Shown here one piece after another: positions 45,496 to 57,400 of a stretch of 64,000 bases of DNA; position 1 is the stretch's first letter, and each line of letters begins with the position of its first letter. The position numbers were made by a program, and so were the translations under genes. The notes below the pieces were generated by a model. The model saw only the letters and a program-made list of their open reading frames with translations. It had not been told where the DNA came from and did not search any database. Location of the stretch: contig DASVDI010000015.1 of the NCBI GenBank assembly GCA_036381175.1, forward strand, positions 14,980 to 78,979. Reading direction: 5' to 3'. Origin of the DNA: Gammaproteobacteria bacterium (GTDB lineage Bacteria; Pseudomonadota; Gammaproteobacteria; Natronospirales; JAJUFS01).

Positions 45496-48195
45496 GTGAT
45501 GAATCCAGCGACCGCCGAACAGATGACTGTCGTCACCGCGTCCGACCGCCTTGCGCGGCATTTGCACGACCGCGTGGCAGACGCACAACTGGCCGCTGGC
45601 CGGCAGGCGTGGGAGCGGCCGGACATTCTGACGGCGGCGGCATTCTGGCGGCGGCTGGCGGGCGAGCTGCAACAGGAAGCGGCGACTGTGTTCGCGACGC
45701 GCCGGCTGTTGTCGCGCAACGCGATGTTGTGCCGCTGGGAAATGCTCATCGCCGCGGCCTTCGCGGACAATCCCTTGCTGCACATCCAGGGAACGGCGCG
45801 CACGGCACTCGATGCCTGGCTGTTGTGCCGTGACTGGCAGCTGGATATCGACGCACTCGCCGACGATCCACTGGAAGAAACCCGGTTGCTCATCGCCTGG
45901 GGGCGCCGCTTCGAGAAGGAATGCGCCGACGCCGGCTGGTTGCCGGACTACGCGCTGCCGGAAGCCGTGCTCGCTGCGCTGGAACAATCAAAAAGCGCGC
46001 GCCGTTTTCTGCCGAAAAAAATCCAGCTCGCCGGTTTCATGGAAATCACGCCGCGCGATGCGGCGCGCTGGGAGGCGCTGCGTGCGCTCGGTGTTACGGT
46101 CGAGAATTTTCCGCAGGCAGAGTCCGGCACTGAGATGCGCCGCCTTGCATGCAATGACGCGCGCGGTGAAGTGCTTGCCGCTGCGTCCTGGGCGCGAGCG
46201 CTGCTGAACGAAAATCCACGGCAGCGCATTGCCATTGTCGTTCCCGATCTCGCCGCGCGCCGCGCATCGCTGAAGCGCGAACTCACTGAAGCGTTGGCGC
46301 CGCACGCACTGACAAGTTTCGATCGCGCGCCCCTGCCGTTCAATTTCTCGCTTGGCGAGGCGCTGGCATCGAACGCGCTGGTGGCCGACGCGCAGGCGCT
46401 GCTCGCGCTCTCGAATGATCGCATCGAATTTCCGCTGGCCGCGCGCCTCTGCCGTTCGCCGTACCCCGCACCGGAGCTGGATGCGTTCGCACGGTTGCGA
46501 CTCGAAGCGATCATGCGTCGCAATGGTTACGCAGAGTTTCCTCTCGGTGACTGGCAGTTTCTTGCTGCGCGAAACCAGTGTGCTGTGCTTGCTGATGCGC
46601 TGGAGAAATTTCGTGAGGACGTGAAACGCGATTCCGCGAATTCGCTGCCGTCGGAATGGGCGCGACGCTTCAACCATTGGCTGGAAATCTTCGGCTGGTG
46701 CCGTGGACGCGCACTGGATAGCGATGAATACCAGGCGCGTGAAGCCTTCCAGGAACAACTCGCACGCCTGGTTGAACTGGATGCCGTGCTCGGCAAATGC
46801 AATCGCGGCGTGGCGCTCGCATGGCTGAACCGGTTTGCGAACGACACACCGTTTCAGCCGCGTTCCGCAGACGTGCCCGTGCAGGTGCTGGGCCTGCTTG
46901 AAGCCACCGGCATGCATTTCGATGCGCTCTGGGTCATGGGCTTGACCGACGATGTTCTGCCGTCCGCACCGCGCCCGAATCCGTTTTTGCCGATTGCCGT
47001 GCAGCGCGCGAAGAATCTTCCGCAATCCTCGGCGGCGCGCGAGCAGGCGTTCGCAAGGCAATTGTTCGAGGGTTTGTGCGCGTCTGCGCCGAACGTGATC
47101 GGGAGTTACCCCGCGCGAGACAAGGATGCGGAGCTCGGACCGTCGCCATTTCTGCAAGAACTTGAGGCAGCGACACCGCCACCTGCGTTTAGGCCCATCA
47201 GCGAACAATGGTTTGATCGCGTTGCACTGGAAACCGTGATCGACAACAACGGTGCTGCGCATGCAGGTGGCGAGACGCGCGGCGGCATGTCGCTGTTGCA
47301 GGACCAATCGCATTGCCCGTTCCGCGCGTTTGCGGTTCATCGCTTGCACGCGGATGACTGGCCAACCCCGCAACCAGGACCGGACGCAATGATTCGCGGC
47401 CTGCTCGCGCATCGCGTGCTCGAAAGACTCTGGATGCAATGGCGCGATCGTTCACGCCTCGAAGAATTGCATGTGGCTGGTGAACTTGAAGATGTCGTGC
47501 GCGCGATGGTGACGGAAGTGCTGGAGGAGAGTGTTCGCGGACAACGGCATCGTTGGCGCAGGAGCCTGCGCGAACTGGAAGTGACGCGCCTCGCGAGTGT
47601 CCTGATGCGCTGGTTCGAAAATATCGAATTGCCGCGTCCGGATTTTCGCGTTGTTGAAGTCGAAGGTCATCGCGCAAATGACAGTGACATCGAAACACTC
47701 GTGCACGCAGGACCGTTGATCCTGCGCGGCAAGCTTGATCGTGTTGATGTCTTGAATGACGGCAGCGAACTCATCATCGACTACAAGACCGGTGGCGCCC
47801 CGGCCAAGAATGATTTTTTCGGCGACCGTCCGCGCGCGCCGCAGTTGCCCGCATACCTGCTCGCGCGTAAACAGGCGGGCCGGAATATTCCCGCCGGCAT
47901 TGCCGTTGCGAGTCTCAAGACAGGAATGGAGTCCTTGCAGGGCGTGATGAGCGTTGATGACGACAGGACTGATCCTGGTATTGCCGGAATCGTGAATGTT
48001 GCGAAGACAAAACAAGTCAGTGACTGGAATGAGGCGATAGAACACTGGGAGCGGACGATCGGCGCGCTGGGCGACGCATTTGCTTCAGGGTATGCGAAGG
48101 TCGATCCTTTGCGCGGTGCCTGTGATTACTGCCCTCTCGCGATGCTGTGCCGTGTTCATGATCGCGAGCGCGAAACGGAGGAAGGTCATGACTGA
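45496..48195 (+). CDS. addB: AddB-like PD-(D/E)XK nuclease subunit
   Basis: Degenerate helicase scaffold, QSHCPF, GKLDRVD..IIDYKTG, CDYCPLAMLC Fe-S cysteines; upstream of an AddA-like gene. Confidence 0.85.
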   Translation: MMNPATAEQMTVVTASDRLARHLHDRVADAQLAAGRQAWERPDILTAAAFWRRLAGELQQEAATVFATRRLLSRNAMLCRWEMLIAAAFADNPLLHIQGTARTALDAWLLCRDWQLDIDALADDPLEETRLLIAWGRRFEKECADAGWLPDYALPEAVLAALEQSKSARRFLPKKIQLAGFMEITPRDAARWEALRALGVTVENFPQAESGTEMRRLACNDARGEVLAAASWARALLNENPRQRIAIVVPDLAARRASLKRELTEALAPHALTSFDRAPLPFNFSLGEALASNALVADAQALLALSNDRIEFPLAARLCRSPYPAPELDAFARLRLEAIMRRNGYAEFPLGDWQFLAARNQCAVLADALEKFREDVKRDSANSLPSEWARRFNHWLEIFGWCRGRALDSDEYQAREAFQEQLARLVELDAVLGKCNRGVALAWLNRFANDTPFQPRSADVPVQVLGLLEATGMHFDALWVMGLTDDVLPSAPRPNPFLPIAVQRAKNLPQSSAAREQAFARQLFEGLCASAPNVIGSYPARDKDAELGPSPFLQELEAATPPPAFRPISEQWFDRVALETVIDNNGAAHAGGETRGGMSLLQDQSHCPFRAFAVHRLHADDWPTPQPGPDAMIRGLLAHRVLERLWMQWRDRSRLEELHVAGELEDVVRAMVTEVLEESVRGQRHRWRRSLRELEVTRLASVLMRWFENIELPRPDFRVVEVEGHRANDSDIETLVHAGPLILRGKLDRVDVLNDGSELIIDYKTGGAPAKNDFFGDRPRAPQLPAYLLARKQAGRNIPAGIAVASLKTGMESLQGVMSVDDDRTDPGIAGIVNVAKTKQVSDWNEAIEHWERTIGALGDAFASGYAKVDPLRGACDYCPLAMLCRVHDRERETEEGHD

Positions 48196-51100
48196 TTTCA
48201 TGCCTTCCGATCAGGCCGCACGTCACGCGGCGCTGGATCCACTTCGAAGTTTCATCGTGCAGGCGCCGGCCGGTTCGGGGAAAACCGGATTGCTGACGCA
48301 GCGTTTCCTCCGGCTGCTCGCCTGCGTCGAGCAGCCGGAAGAAATTGTCGCCATCACGTTCACGCGCAAGGCCGCGGCGGAAATGCGCGAGCGAATCCTG
48401 AACGCGATGCGTGATGCGCGACGGAATGAAACCGTTCCCGGTTCCGCGAACGAAAAACGCACGCGCGAGCTCGCACTCACCGCTCTTGTGCATGACAAAA
48501 AGCATGGCTGGGGTTTACTGGAAAACCCTGCGCGCTTGCGCGTGACGACTATCGATGCTTTCAACGCCATGCTGACGCGCCAATTGCCGATACGCTCCGG
48601 CCTGGGACAACCGCCGTCGATCGCCGAGCAGGCATCGGAGTTGTACCGCGCGGCCGCGCTTCGCCTGCTAGCGGGACTGGACCGGAAGGATGATGTGGGC
48701 GAGGCGATGCGGGCCTTGCTTGCGCATCTCGACAATCGTCTCGACGAACTCACTGACCTGCTCGCCGCGATGCTCGCGCGTCGCGATCTCTGGTTGCGGC
48801 ATCTCGAGATCGGCGGGCTGGATCGCGATGCGCTGGAAAGTGCGCTCGCACGCGAGGTGGAAAACGTCTTGCAGGTTCTTGATGTCGAGTTTCCCCTGCA
48901 TGTTCGTGCAGAAATTCCGGTCATAGCCGAGCGCTGCGCGGTCCATCTTGCCGTGGCTGACCGGGATGCCGTTGACAACGACTGGCTGCGAGACCTTGCG
49001 CAACTGGAAACGTCTCCGGGTTCGCGCGCGCGCGATCTTTCAGCTTGGCAACTGTTCGCGAAATTCCTGTTGACCACGTCAAACGAGTTACGCAAGCCGC
49101 GTGGATTGAACGCGAAAACCGGTTTTCCGTCCGCCAGTGATCGCGGCATTGGCGTGGATGAAAAAGCTGCGCGCGATCAACACAAGGTCGCGATGAGCGA
49201 AGTGCTCGCGGCGCTGGCAGATCGTCCTGTCGTTATCGAGTTACTGCAACGCGTCGCGCAATTACCGACTGTCCGTTACACCGACGCGCAATGGAAGTTG
49301 CTGGATTCGTTGAATCACTTGTTGCCGTACGCTGTGCTGGCTTTGCAGGAAATCTTCCGCGATCGCGGCGAAGTGGATTTCCCCGAACTCGCCATTCGCG
49401 CGCGGGAAGCGCTTGGTGACGCGGAAGCGCCGACGGATCTCGCACTTCGACTCGATCACCAGATCCGGCACTTGCTTGTCGATGAATTCCAGGACACCTC
49501 GCACAGCCAGATCGATTTACTACTTCGCCTGACGCGAGAATGGCAGCCCGGCGACGGGCGCAGGCTGTTTTTGGTTGGTGATCCCATGCAATCCATCTAC
49601 CAGTTTCGTGAAGCGGAGGTCGGACATTTTCTTGCGGTGCGCGATGCCGGTCTTGGTGAGCTCGATCTGCATTCGCTGCGCCTCACGGCGAATTTCCGTT
49701 CGCAGGAAAATATCGTCGCGTGGGTGAACAACGCATTCGCAGAAATATTTCCTGAACGCGACGACATTGCCATGGGCGCGATCTCCTTCGAGCCCTCCGA
49801 AGCCGTGAAGCCGGCGCTGGATGGCGCTGCCATTCACGTTCATGCATTCGCACAACATGCGAAAGATGAAGAAGCCGGATGTGTTGTCGAACAGATTCGT
49901 ACAGCGCTCGCAGATGCTGACAATGCCACCACCGCCGTGCTGGTTCGCGGTCGCGCGCACCTCGCGCGCATTCTTCCCTTGTTGCGTGAAAACGCCGTTC
50001 CGTTCCGCGCCGTGGAACTGGATTCGCTGGAATCGGCGCCGGTGGTGCAGGATCTGCTTGCGCTGACGCGCGCGCTGGTGAATCCGGTGGACACGACCGC
50101 GTTGCTTGCCGTGCTGCGTGCGCCGTGGTGCGGACTGGACTTGCATGAGCTGGCTGCGCTTGCGCGAGGCGGCGATAACCTCTGTCGCGACGTGCTTGAT
50201 TCGCAACACCTGAAACCGTTGTCACCGGCGACACGCGAACGCCTTTCGCGCACCTTGCGAGTACTCGATGACGCCATGGATGCCCGCGGACGCATGCCCT
50301 TGCGTGAACGCGTGGAAACCGCCTGGTACGCGCTTGCCGCACCTGCCGTATTGCGCGAGCACGAAGACTTCGAAAACGCGCGGCTTTATTTCGAACTTTT
50401 GCAGCAGCTTGAAGACGCAGGCGATCTCGATGACGTAAACGTATTCGACGAACGCCTGAAAAAATTGTTCACCGTACCGGACCCCGACGCGGATGAGGCC
50501 GTGCAGGTCATGACCTTGCACAAGGCCAAGGGATTGCAGTTCGATACCGTCATCATTCCTGCGCTGGACCAGGTGACGGGGCGCAAGGACAAGTTGTTGT
50601 TTCACTGGATGGAACGCCCGCAAGCCGATGGCGACGCGCATGTCCTGCTCGGCCCGGTGAAATCGCGTGAGGACGCCGAAGGTGGTGCGATTTACCGTTT
50701 CATCGAAAGGCTCAAGGAAGAAAAGGAATCACTGGAACGCGCGCGCCTGCTGTACGTCGGAATTACTCGTGCCGTTCGCCATGTTCACCTGCTCGGCAAG
50801 GCGCGTTATGCGACCAATCGTGGCGGGTTATCGCTGGCGCCGCCGGTGGCAGGTTCGCTGCTGGAATTGCTGTGGCCGTTGCCGCACGTGCGCGCGGCGT
50901 TCGAAGCGTTGCCGTTGCCCGTGGAAAAGCCGGTGCACGGAATACCGGTTGCCGGCGACAACGTCCTGCATCGCCTGCCGAGTGGGTGGCTGCCACCAGC
51001 GCCGGAACCCGGTCCGGCAGTGAACGTGAAACGGCGCGGTACGGGCAGTGAATCCGGGCAGATCATTTACGAGTGGGCGGGCGACCGCGTGCGGCATGTC

Positions 51101-51607
51101 GGCACGCTGGTGCATCGCGTACTGGAACGCATGGCGCGCGATGGCCTGGAAAACTGGAACGCGGAAAATCTGCAGGCCCTGCCGGTTGAGGCGCAACTCG
51201 CGGCACTGGGATTGCCGGATGCGGATTGCGCACCGGCTGCCGTGGAGGTGCGCGACATTCTTTCCCGTGTGCTCGAATCGAAACACGCAACGTGGATTCT
51301 CGCGCCACATGGGGGCGCGATGACGGAATGGGCACTGGGCGGCATCGATCGTGACGAACGCGTGAGCGTAAGCATTGATCGCAGTTTCGTGGATGCCGAC
51401 GGCACGCGCTGGATCATCGATTACAAGACCAGCACGCATGAAGGCGGCAATATCGAAGGTTTTCTCAATGAACAACAGCGGCGTTATCGCGGGCAACTGG
51501 AACGTTACGCGCGCCTCGTGCATGCGCTGGAAGGCAAGCCAGTGAAAGTGGCGCTGTATTTTCCCTTGCAGGACGCGTTTTGCGCGTGGACGCCGGACCT
51601 GGATTAA
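48188..51607 (+). CDS. addA: AddA-like UvrD helicase/nuclease
   Basis: QAPAGSGKT, ITFTRKAAAEM, LVDEFQDTS, VGDPMQSIYQFR, MTLHKAKGLQFD, LLYVGITRA, C-terminal IDR...IIDYKT. Confidence 0.9.
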   Translation: MTDFMPSDQAARHAALDPLRSFIVQAPAGSGKTGLLTQRFLRLLACVEQPEEIVAITFTRKAAAEMRERILNAMRDARRNETVPGSANEKRTRELALTALVHDKKHGWGLLENPARLRVTTIDAFNAMLTRQLPIRSGLGQPPSIAEQASELYRAAALRLLAGLDRKDDVGEAMRALLAHLDNRLDELTDLLAAMLARRDLWLRHLEIGGLDRDALESALAREVENVLQVLDVEFPLHVRAEIPVIAERCAVHLAVADRDAVDNDWLRDLAQLETSPGSRARDLSAWQLFAKFLLTTSNELRKPRGLNAKTGFPSASDRGIGVDEKAARDQHKVAMSEVLAALADRPVVIELLQRVAQLPTVRYTDAQWKLLDSLNHLLPYAVLALQEIFRDRGEVDFPELAIRAREALGDAEAPTDLALRLDHQIRHLLVDEFQDTSHSQIDLLLRLTREWQPGDGRRLFLVGDPMQSIYQFREAEVGHFLAVRDAGLGELDLHSLRLTANFRSQENIVAWVNNAFAEIFPERDDIAMGAISFEPSEAVKPALDGAAIHVHAFAQHAKDEEAGCVVEQIRTALADADNATTAVLVRGRAHLARILPLLRENAVPFRAVELDSLESAPVVQDLLALTRALVNPVDTTALLAVLRAPWCGLDLHELAALARGGDNLCRDVLDSQHLKPLSPATRERLSRTLRVLDDAMDARGRMPLRERVETAWYALAAPAVLREHEDFENARLYFELLQQLEDAGDLDDVNVFDERLKKLFTVPDPDADEAVQVMTLHKAKGLQFDTVIIPALDQVTGRKDKLLFHWMERPQADGDAHVLLGPVKSREDAEGGAIYRFIERLKEEKESLERARLLYVGITRAVRHVHLLGKARYATNRGGLSLAPPVAGSLLELLWPLPHVRAAFEALPLPVEKPVHGIPVAGDNVLHRLPSGWLPPAPEPGPAVNVKRRGTGSESGQIIYEWAGDRVRHVGTLVHRVLERMARDGLENWNAENLQALPVEAQLAALGLPDADCAPAAVEVRDILSRVLESKHATWILAPHGGAMTEWALGGIDRDERVSVSIDRSFVDADGTRWIIDYKTSTHEGGNIEGFLNEQQRRYRGQLERYARLVHALEGKPVKVALYFPLQDAFCAWTPDLD

Positions 51608-51616
51608 ACTGCTCCC

Positions 51617-52522
51617 ATGTCAAAGAAGCTGAACGAACAACTGGTTGTCGCGATTTCCTCCCGAGCGCTGTTCGACCTGGAGGAAAGTCATCGCATCTTC
51701 ATGGAGAAGGGCGTCGAAGAATACGCGCGCTACCAGATCGAAAACGAAGACGTGCTGTTGGAGCCAGGCATTGCGTTTTCGCTGGTGCGAAAGCTTTTGC
51801 ATCTGAACGACGCCGGTCCGCAGAAAGTCGAGATCATTTTGCTTTCACACAACTCGGCGGACACCGGCCTGCGCATTTTCAATTCCGTCGCGCATTACGG
51901 CATGAACATCACGCGTGCGGCGTTCACCAATGGCGCATCACCGTGGCGCTATGTCGCGCCGTTTGGCGCAAACCTGTTTCTTTCCGCGGAACCGGAAGAT
52001 GTCGTCAATGCGCTGGACGCTGGCTTCGCGGCCGCGACCATCCTTCCCGGCAAGGCGACGGCAGAGGCGGGTGCCGATCAGTTGCGCATCGCCTTCGACG
52101 GTGATGCCGTGATCTTTTCCGACGAGGCGGAACGTATTTACAAAGAGAAAGGCCTGGAAGCATTCGCGTCCAGCGAACGCGAATCCGCACGCAAACCGTT
52201 GTCGGGCGGGCCGTTCAAGGATTTTCTCACCGCCTTGCATCGCATCCAGGCAGAGTTTCCGATGGATGCGTCACCGATCCGCACAGCACTTGTCACGGCG
52301 CGTTCCGCGCCCGCGCACGAGCGCGTGATTCGCACACTGCGTGCCTGGCATATCCGTATCGATGAAGCCCTGTTTCTCGGTGGCATGGAGAAGACGGAGT
52401 TTCTCAAGGCGTTCGGCGCGGATATCTTTTTCGATGACCAGAGCGGGCACGTGGAACTCGCGCGCGAACACGTGCCGTCCGGACACGTGCCGCACGGCGT
52501 CGCCAACCAGAAAGTGAAATAA
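51617..52522 (+). CDS. 5'-nucleotidase (cytosolic cN-I-like family)
   Basis: LVVAISSRALFDL, RIAFDGDAVIFSDEAE, VTARSAPAHERV, FFDDQ. Confidence 0.92.
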   Translation: MSKKLNEQLVVAISSRALFDLEESHRIFMEKGVEEYARYQIENEDVLLEPGIAFSLVRKLLHLNDAGPQKVEIILLSHNSADTGLRIFNSVAHYGMNITRAAFTNGASPWRYVAPFGANLFLSAEPEDVVNALDAGFAAATILPGKATAEAGADQLRIAFDGDAVIFSDEAERIYKEKGLEAFASSERESARKPLSGGPFKDFLTALHRIQAEFPMDASPIRTALVTARSAPAHERVIRTLRAWHIRIDEALFLGGMEKTEFLKAFGADIFFDDQSGHVELAREHVPSGHVPHGVANQKVK

Positions 52523-52535
52523 AAGCGGTTAAGTG

Positions 52536-53129
52536 TTACGCCGAGACGGTAACGTCGAGATCACGCAACAGGCCGTCGCGCACTGAGTAAATCCAGCCGT
52601 GAATGTCCAACGCCTGGCCGCGTGCCCACGCGTCCTGCACGATGGTCGTGCGGCGCAGATTATCCACCTGCTGCACGACATTCAGCTCGCACATCCGGTC
52701 AAGGCGGGCGTCGCCTTCGAGAGAATCCAGCGATGCTGCGTGATCGTGGCAGACATGCTGGATCGGCCGGAGCCAGTTATCGACCAGCCCGTGTCGCTGG
52801 TCTTCCAGCGCCGCGCGCACGCCGCCGCAACCATAATGTCCCGTTACCATGACGTGGCGAACCTTCAACACGTCGACCGCGAACTGCAGCACGGAAAGAC
52901 AATTCATGTCCGAGTGCTGTACGAGGTTTGCGATGTTTCGATGCACGAAGACTTCGCCGGGGCGAAGATCGATGATCTCGTTCGCGGGGACGCGTGAATC
53001 GGAACAGCCGATCCAGAAATACTGCGGCGTTTGCTGTTTCGCGAGCTCGGCAAAGAACTCCGGATCGCGCGCATTGACCTTCTCGGCCCAGCGGCGGTTG
53101 TTATCAAAAAGCTGCTTGAGTGTTTTCAT
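52536..53129 (-). CDS. can: Beta-class carbonic anhydrase
   Basis: WIGCSDSRVP, FVHRNIAN, GHYGCGG Zn ligands; start set at MKTLKQL. Confidence 0.95.
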   Translation of the reverse strand: MKTLKQLFDNNRRWAEKVNARDPEFFAELAKQQTPQYFWIGCSDSRVPANEIIDLRPGEVFVHRNIANLVQHSDMNCLSVLQFAVDVLKVRHVMVTGHYGCGGVRAALEDQRHGLVDNWLRPIQHVCHDHAASLDSLEGDARLDRMCELNVVQQVDNLRRTTIVQDAWARGQALDIHGWIYSVRDGLLRDLDVTVSA

Positions 53130-53178
53130 GGACGACAATTCTGAATGCTGTTTGCGTGCAACTCAAGTGCGGGATGTG

Positions 53179-53781
53179 TCAGGGATTCAGTCGCTCGATG
53201 ATCCAGCCGTTGTCGACTTGCCGGTAACGCAACCGATCGTGCAGGCGATCAATATGGTTTTGCCAGAACTCGATGCTTTCCGGAATCACGCGATAACCGC
53301 CCCAGTGCGGCGGACGCGATACGTCAGCGGGGAATTCCTGTTCGAATCGTTGGAACCGTGCATCGAGCGTTGCACGATCAGGAATGACGCGGCTCTGCTC
53401 GGATGCCCAGGCGCCGATCTGGGAGCGGCGCGGGCGCGTGGCGAAATAGGCGTCGGATTTCGCCGGCGAAATCTTCTCGATGCGGCCTTCCACGCGCACC
53501 TGCCGTCCCGCCGCTGGCCACCAGAACAGCAATGCCGCGTGCGGGTTGGCTTCCAGTTCCGCGCTTTTGCGGCTGCCGTAATTCGTGAAGAACACAAATC
53601 CTTCGGCGCCGTATTCCTTGAGAAGCACGATGCGCGCAGACGGCCGACCGGCAGCATCGGCCGTGGCCAGCGTCATGGCGGTGGGTTCACCGGTCGCAAG
53701 CGGTTTTGCTGCTTCGTACCAACTGGTGAAAAGCGCCAGCGGATCGTGCGGCGCCTCGGATTCGAGAAGCGTATGGGTCAT
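53179..53781 (-). CDS. pdxH: Pyridoxamine 5'-phosphate oxidase
   Basis: MTLATA, PSARIVLLK, FFTNYGSRK, RQVRVEG, RPPHWGGY, EFWQ...RLHDR. Confidence 0.96.
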   Translation of the reverse strand: MTHTLLESEAPHDPLALFTSWYEAAKPLATGEPTAMTLATADAAGRPSARIVLLKEYGAEGFVFFTNYGSRKSAELEANPHAALLFWWPAAGRQVRVEGRIEKISPAKSDAYFATRPRRSQIGAWASEQSRVIPDRATLDARFQRFEQEFPADVSRPPHWGGYRVIPESIEFWQNHIDRLHDRLRYRQVDNGWIIERLNP

Positions 53782-53812
53782 GGCGTATCCGCGAATCCCG
53801 GCGAAGGAAAAT

Positions 53813-53840
53813 AAAAAAAGCCCGCCGATTGGCGGGCTTT
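53813..53840 (-). terminator. Intrinsic terminator after tRNA-Pro
   Basis: aaagcccgcc-gatt-ggcgggcttt with an A-run on the plus strand. Confidence 0.85.
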
Positions 53841-53848
53841 GATGAACC

Positions 53849-53925
53849 TGGTCGGGGTGAGAGGATTTGAACCTCCGGCCCCTACGTCCCGAACGTAGTG
53901 CTCTACCAGGCTGAGCTACACCCCG
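53849..53925 (-). tRNA. tRNA-Pro(CGG)
   Basis: Reverse complement CGGGGTGTAGCTCAGCCTGGTAGAGC...TTCGGGA...GGTTCAAATCC...CCCCGACCA. Confidence 0.95.
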
Positions 53926-53974
53926 CGAAGGGCGGGAAATATACGCAAATCCCCGACTGGATGCAATTCCGGCG

Positions 53975-54394
53975 TCAGCCGGGAATACAGTCGTCGGTCA
54001 CATCGGTTGTACCTTTCCACGCCGTCAGGTCCCCGCGCTGGTTGATCCGGAATTCGTTGCAGTCCGGGTCATTGTGCTGCGGCGAGTCAGGAGCCGCAGT
54101 GGCCGCGATGAGGAAACTGGCGGCGCCGGCATCACGAATTTCCAGGGTGTAATGATCGTTCGCCGTATGGCTTTGTATCTGGAGTTCCGTGAACAACAAC
54201 GTATATGCGCTATTGGAAAGAAAGAATTTCTCCTGTGCCGCGGCGGCCTGCATCAATGCCGAGACCGCTTCCGATCGTCGCGCCTTGGTGATGTATTGCT
54301 GATAACTCGGCACGGCGACGGCCGCGAGAATTGCCACTATCACCGTGACGATGATCAACTCGATCAGCGTAAACCCGTTCATCCCTGTACGCAT
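53975..54394 (-). CDS. pilE: Type IV minor pilin PilE
   Basis: [35 protein letters not shown]; last gene of the cluster. Confidence 0.88.
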   Translation of the reverse strand: MRTGMNGFTLIELIIVTVIVAILAAVAVPSYQQYITKARRSEAVSALMQAAAAQEKFFLSNSAYTLLFTELQIQSHTANDHYTLEIRDAGAASFLIAATAAPDSPQHNDPDCNEFRINQRGDLTAWKGTTDVTDDCIPG

Positions 54395-54443
54395 CGTTCC
54401 GCTCCTTGATTCAGTTTTGTCCTTTGTATGCGATCAATCACCA

Positions 54444-57400
54444 TTATTGTTCTACGCCGTCATCGTCCCTTTGAATATTCCAGAATGTTCTTCGCACTGC
54501 ACCGCCTTTACCGGTATCCGGATGGTAGTCGGACCGGCCGACGAAGGAGACGGTTTCGACTACACCCGTTTCCTCATCTTCAATGAACATGATGGTTACT
54601 GGCGGGGGGATGGTGCCGTGTGGCAGCTCGGTTTCCCGGTCCCCTGGCGGCACGACACCATCGTTGTCCGAGTCGGGTACTCCGGCGTCGATCAAGTTCA
54701 GCGAGTAGAGCCGCGCGGTGCCGGGCTGAGAGTTGCAATCGGTAGCGTTGAGGGGGGTCGGATCGAAGGTGGTGAAGAACACGCGGTAGTCGAAGGTGGT
54801 TGCCTGCGCCAATGCCTTCTCGCCTTCGTATCCGAGTGCAATCATCCAGCCCTCTTTCTGCAGGAGTTCCGCGCGTTCGGCAGCGGCCTGATCTGGATTC
54901 TGGATTGCGTTGTCCGTGGCGTCGTACAGATCGTCGGTCGTGATTCCATAGTTGTAACTCGTCGGCGTGTCGAAGACGTACGGATCCTTGATCGAGAAAA
55001 GGTAATTTTGTGTTGTCATGTTCGACTTCGGTCGTTCACGATCGCCGGAACCAATGTTGATCGCCCAATAGCCCAACCCATCCTTCGCAACCAGCACTAC
55101 GTCCGGCTCATTGAAGAACTTGCGGTTGCCAGCCAAACCGCTGGTGCTCAGTGATGCGATCATGCCGCCCGTGATGGAACCTGAGGCGTTGTCGATGTCG
55201 AAGCGGAAAATTCTTCCGCCGAGGTCAGCGGCGTAGATGAGGTCGTCCAGACCATCGCCATTCTTGTCCTTTATTTCCACGGGGGCCGCGATCGAGCTCT
55301 TCATGTCGGTGAGCGGCAGGTCTCCGCCTGGCCCTGCTTGCCACAGCAAGCTGCCATCTTCGGCGTCCACGATATAAAGCGCGTTACCGATCGTGTCATC
55401 TATATAGCCCAAGGTGGCGTCGTTGCTATCTTGCGTAGCCGCGTCGTAGCCGCCACCGAACACCAGGACAGTGGTTGCCTCGCCGCCGACCTTGATTGTC
55501 GCAATTCGCGGCTCCGACCAGGTTTGCGCCAGGTTCTCGAAGCCTTCCGTTCCGCCCTGAATGCGCCACATGAGTTTTGGAGAAGTCTTGTCAGTCACAT
55601 CCAGGGCGTAGATGGATTGCCCGCCGCGACGCATGCCAAAGAAAAGCCATTTCTTCTCCGTGTTACCCGCGCCTTCGACATGGTGAATGATGGAGCTGTC
55701 AAGGCCATAAGCAAGGCGTGGTTCTTCCGGCGTCTGGTAAATGTCAGCGAAGTTATGCATGACCTCGGTCGGGATGAATGACCAGAGTTCATGTCCCTCT
55801 TCCGCGTCAATCGCGTGCAGGAAACCGTCGTTTGTCGGCGCGTAAATGACCTGCGATGCCGTTGCTTCCTCGCTGCCGTAATTCACTACCGCGGGAATGC
55901 CGTGCGGTGATGCGCCCATGGCTCTGCGTGGTTCGATCGTGTCTTCGTCATTATCTTCATCACGAACGTCGTAGCCGATCATGTAACTGTGGATCTCGTC
56001 GAGTAGATCGGAGTCAACGTCAAGGCCAACTGTCTCGTTCGAGAGATTGCCAAGGGTGAACGCGTTGGTAGTGCTCGTCAGGTCTTTGTTGTTTGGATCG
56101 CCGAACCAACTGTAGGCGTAGTGGATACTACTTGCGCCGGCCGCACCGCCGAGTTTTGTCTTGTTACCGTCCTGACCGCCGTTCGCAATAATCGCGAGAT
56201 CGTTATTTTCGTCAGTCCAGTAGCTGAGCGCATCGATCCGAACGGTACTGGAATCATCATTCAATGCCGGATTGTTTCTTGCATCGACGATGCGATAGTG
56301 GCCGTCAGGCTGCTCTGCCAACCGGTATTTCTTCACGTTGCCCGGCCAGCGCACGGAATCGTAAATCGGATCGAACATGGTGAAGTACAGGCTGTCTTCG
56401 TGCGAAAGCCGGTTGAAGGCGTTCACCGTTACCGCAGGTGATGACTGAGTCTGGTTGCTTGCGATTTCCTCGCGGAATATCACCTGGAACGCGTTCTTGA
56501 GATCTTCGTAATTCGTCACTTGTGTGAATCGGCCACCACCGCGTTCGGCAGCTTCCGTGAGCAAGGCAGAGCCGCCCGCGGTGATGTCGGTGCCGAAACC
56601 CACGGTGTAAGTGGTCACGGTCTGTTCGCCCTCCATGAGCGGTAACAGATCCTCATTGGCCATGTAGTCGGCAACTTCACGAATGCAACTGCGAGTGTCG
56701 ATGGTATTTGGATCGCCGTCGCTGTCGTCGCAGGTTGCGGCGCCATAGTTATCGGCGGCATTCGGCAGATATTGGAAGTGATCGTCAGTGCTCGTGTCGC
56801 CGCTCGGGTCGCCATCGGAAAGGAAAATGACGGCGTTTTTCTGGCACTCGAAGACAATGGGACTTTGATATTGATTGGAATTTCCGGAGCTGCGACTTTC
56901 CGCGACGCTCGATACGTTGACGTGATTCGTCGTGTTGTTGTCCCACGGCCAGACGCTGGGGTCGATGTTCCAGGTTTCCGCGCCATCGCCGAAGATTACC
57001 GATCCACCGCGAAATACCTGCAGTGCCTCGAACAGGCTTTCGCCGAGGGGTGTGCCACCATCATCGGCGGGATCGATTTCATAGACGCGGTCGATCAATG
57101 CCTGTCGATTGGCACTGATGATGGTGTTGCCGTTCTCCTGCGTATTTTCACCGAGCGCGACGAACTCCTTGATCATATAGGCGCCGTCGGAGTCGCCTTC
57201 ATTTATGCTCTCAACCTTGACGTCGAAACGCATGACACCGAGCCGCGTTTCAGGCGGTAGCTCGGCGATGACTTCCTTCAGCGCCGTCTGGACTGCGGCC
57301 AGCCGTGTCTGTGACCAGCGGAAGTAGTTGATGTAGTTGCCGGTGGCGACGAGTCGTCGTGTTATATCGTCAAAGTTCTTGGCTTGGCCTTGAGCACTTG

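Noticed and set aside
45496-51607. Helicase-nuclease pair as a defence system
   Set aside because: Motifs, Fe-S cysteines, gene order and host-like composition fit housekeeping AddAB recombinational repair.
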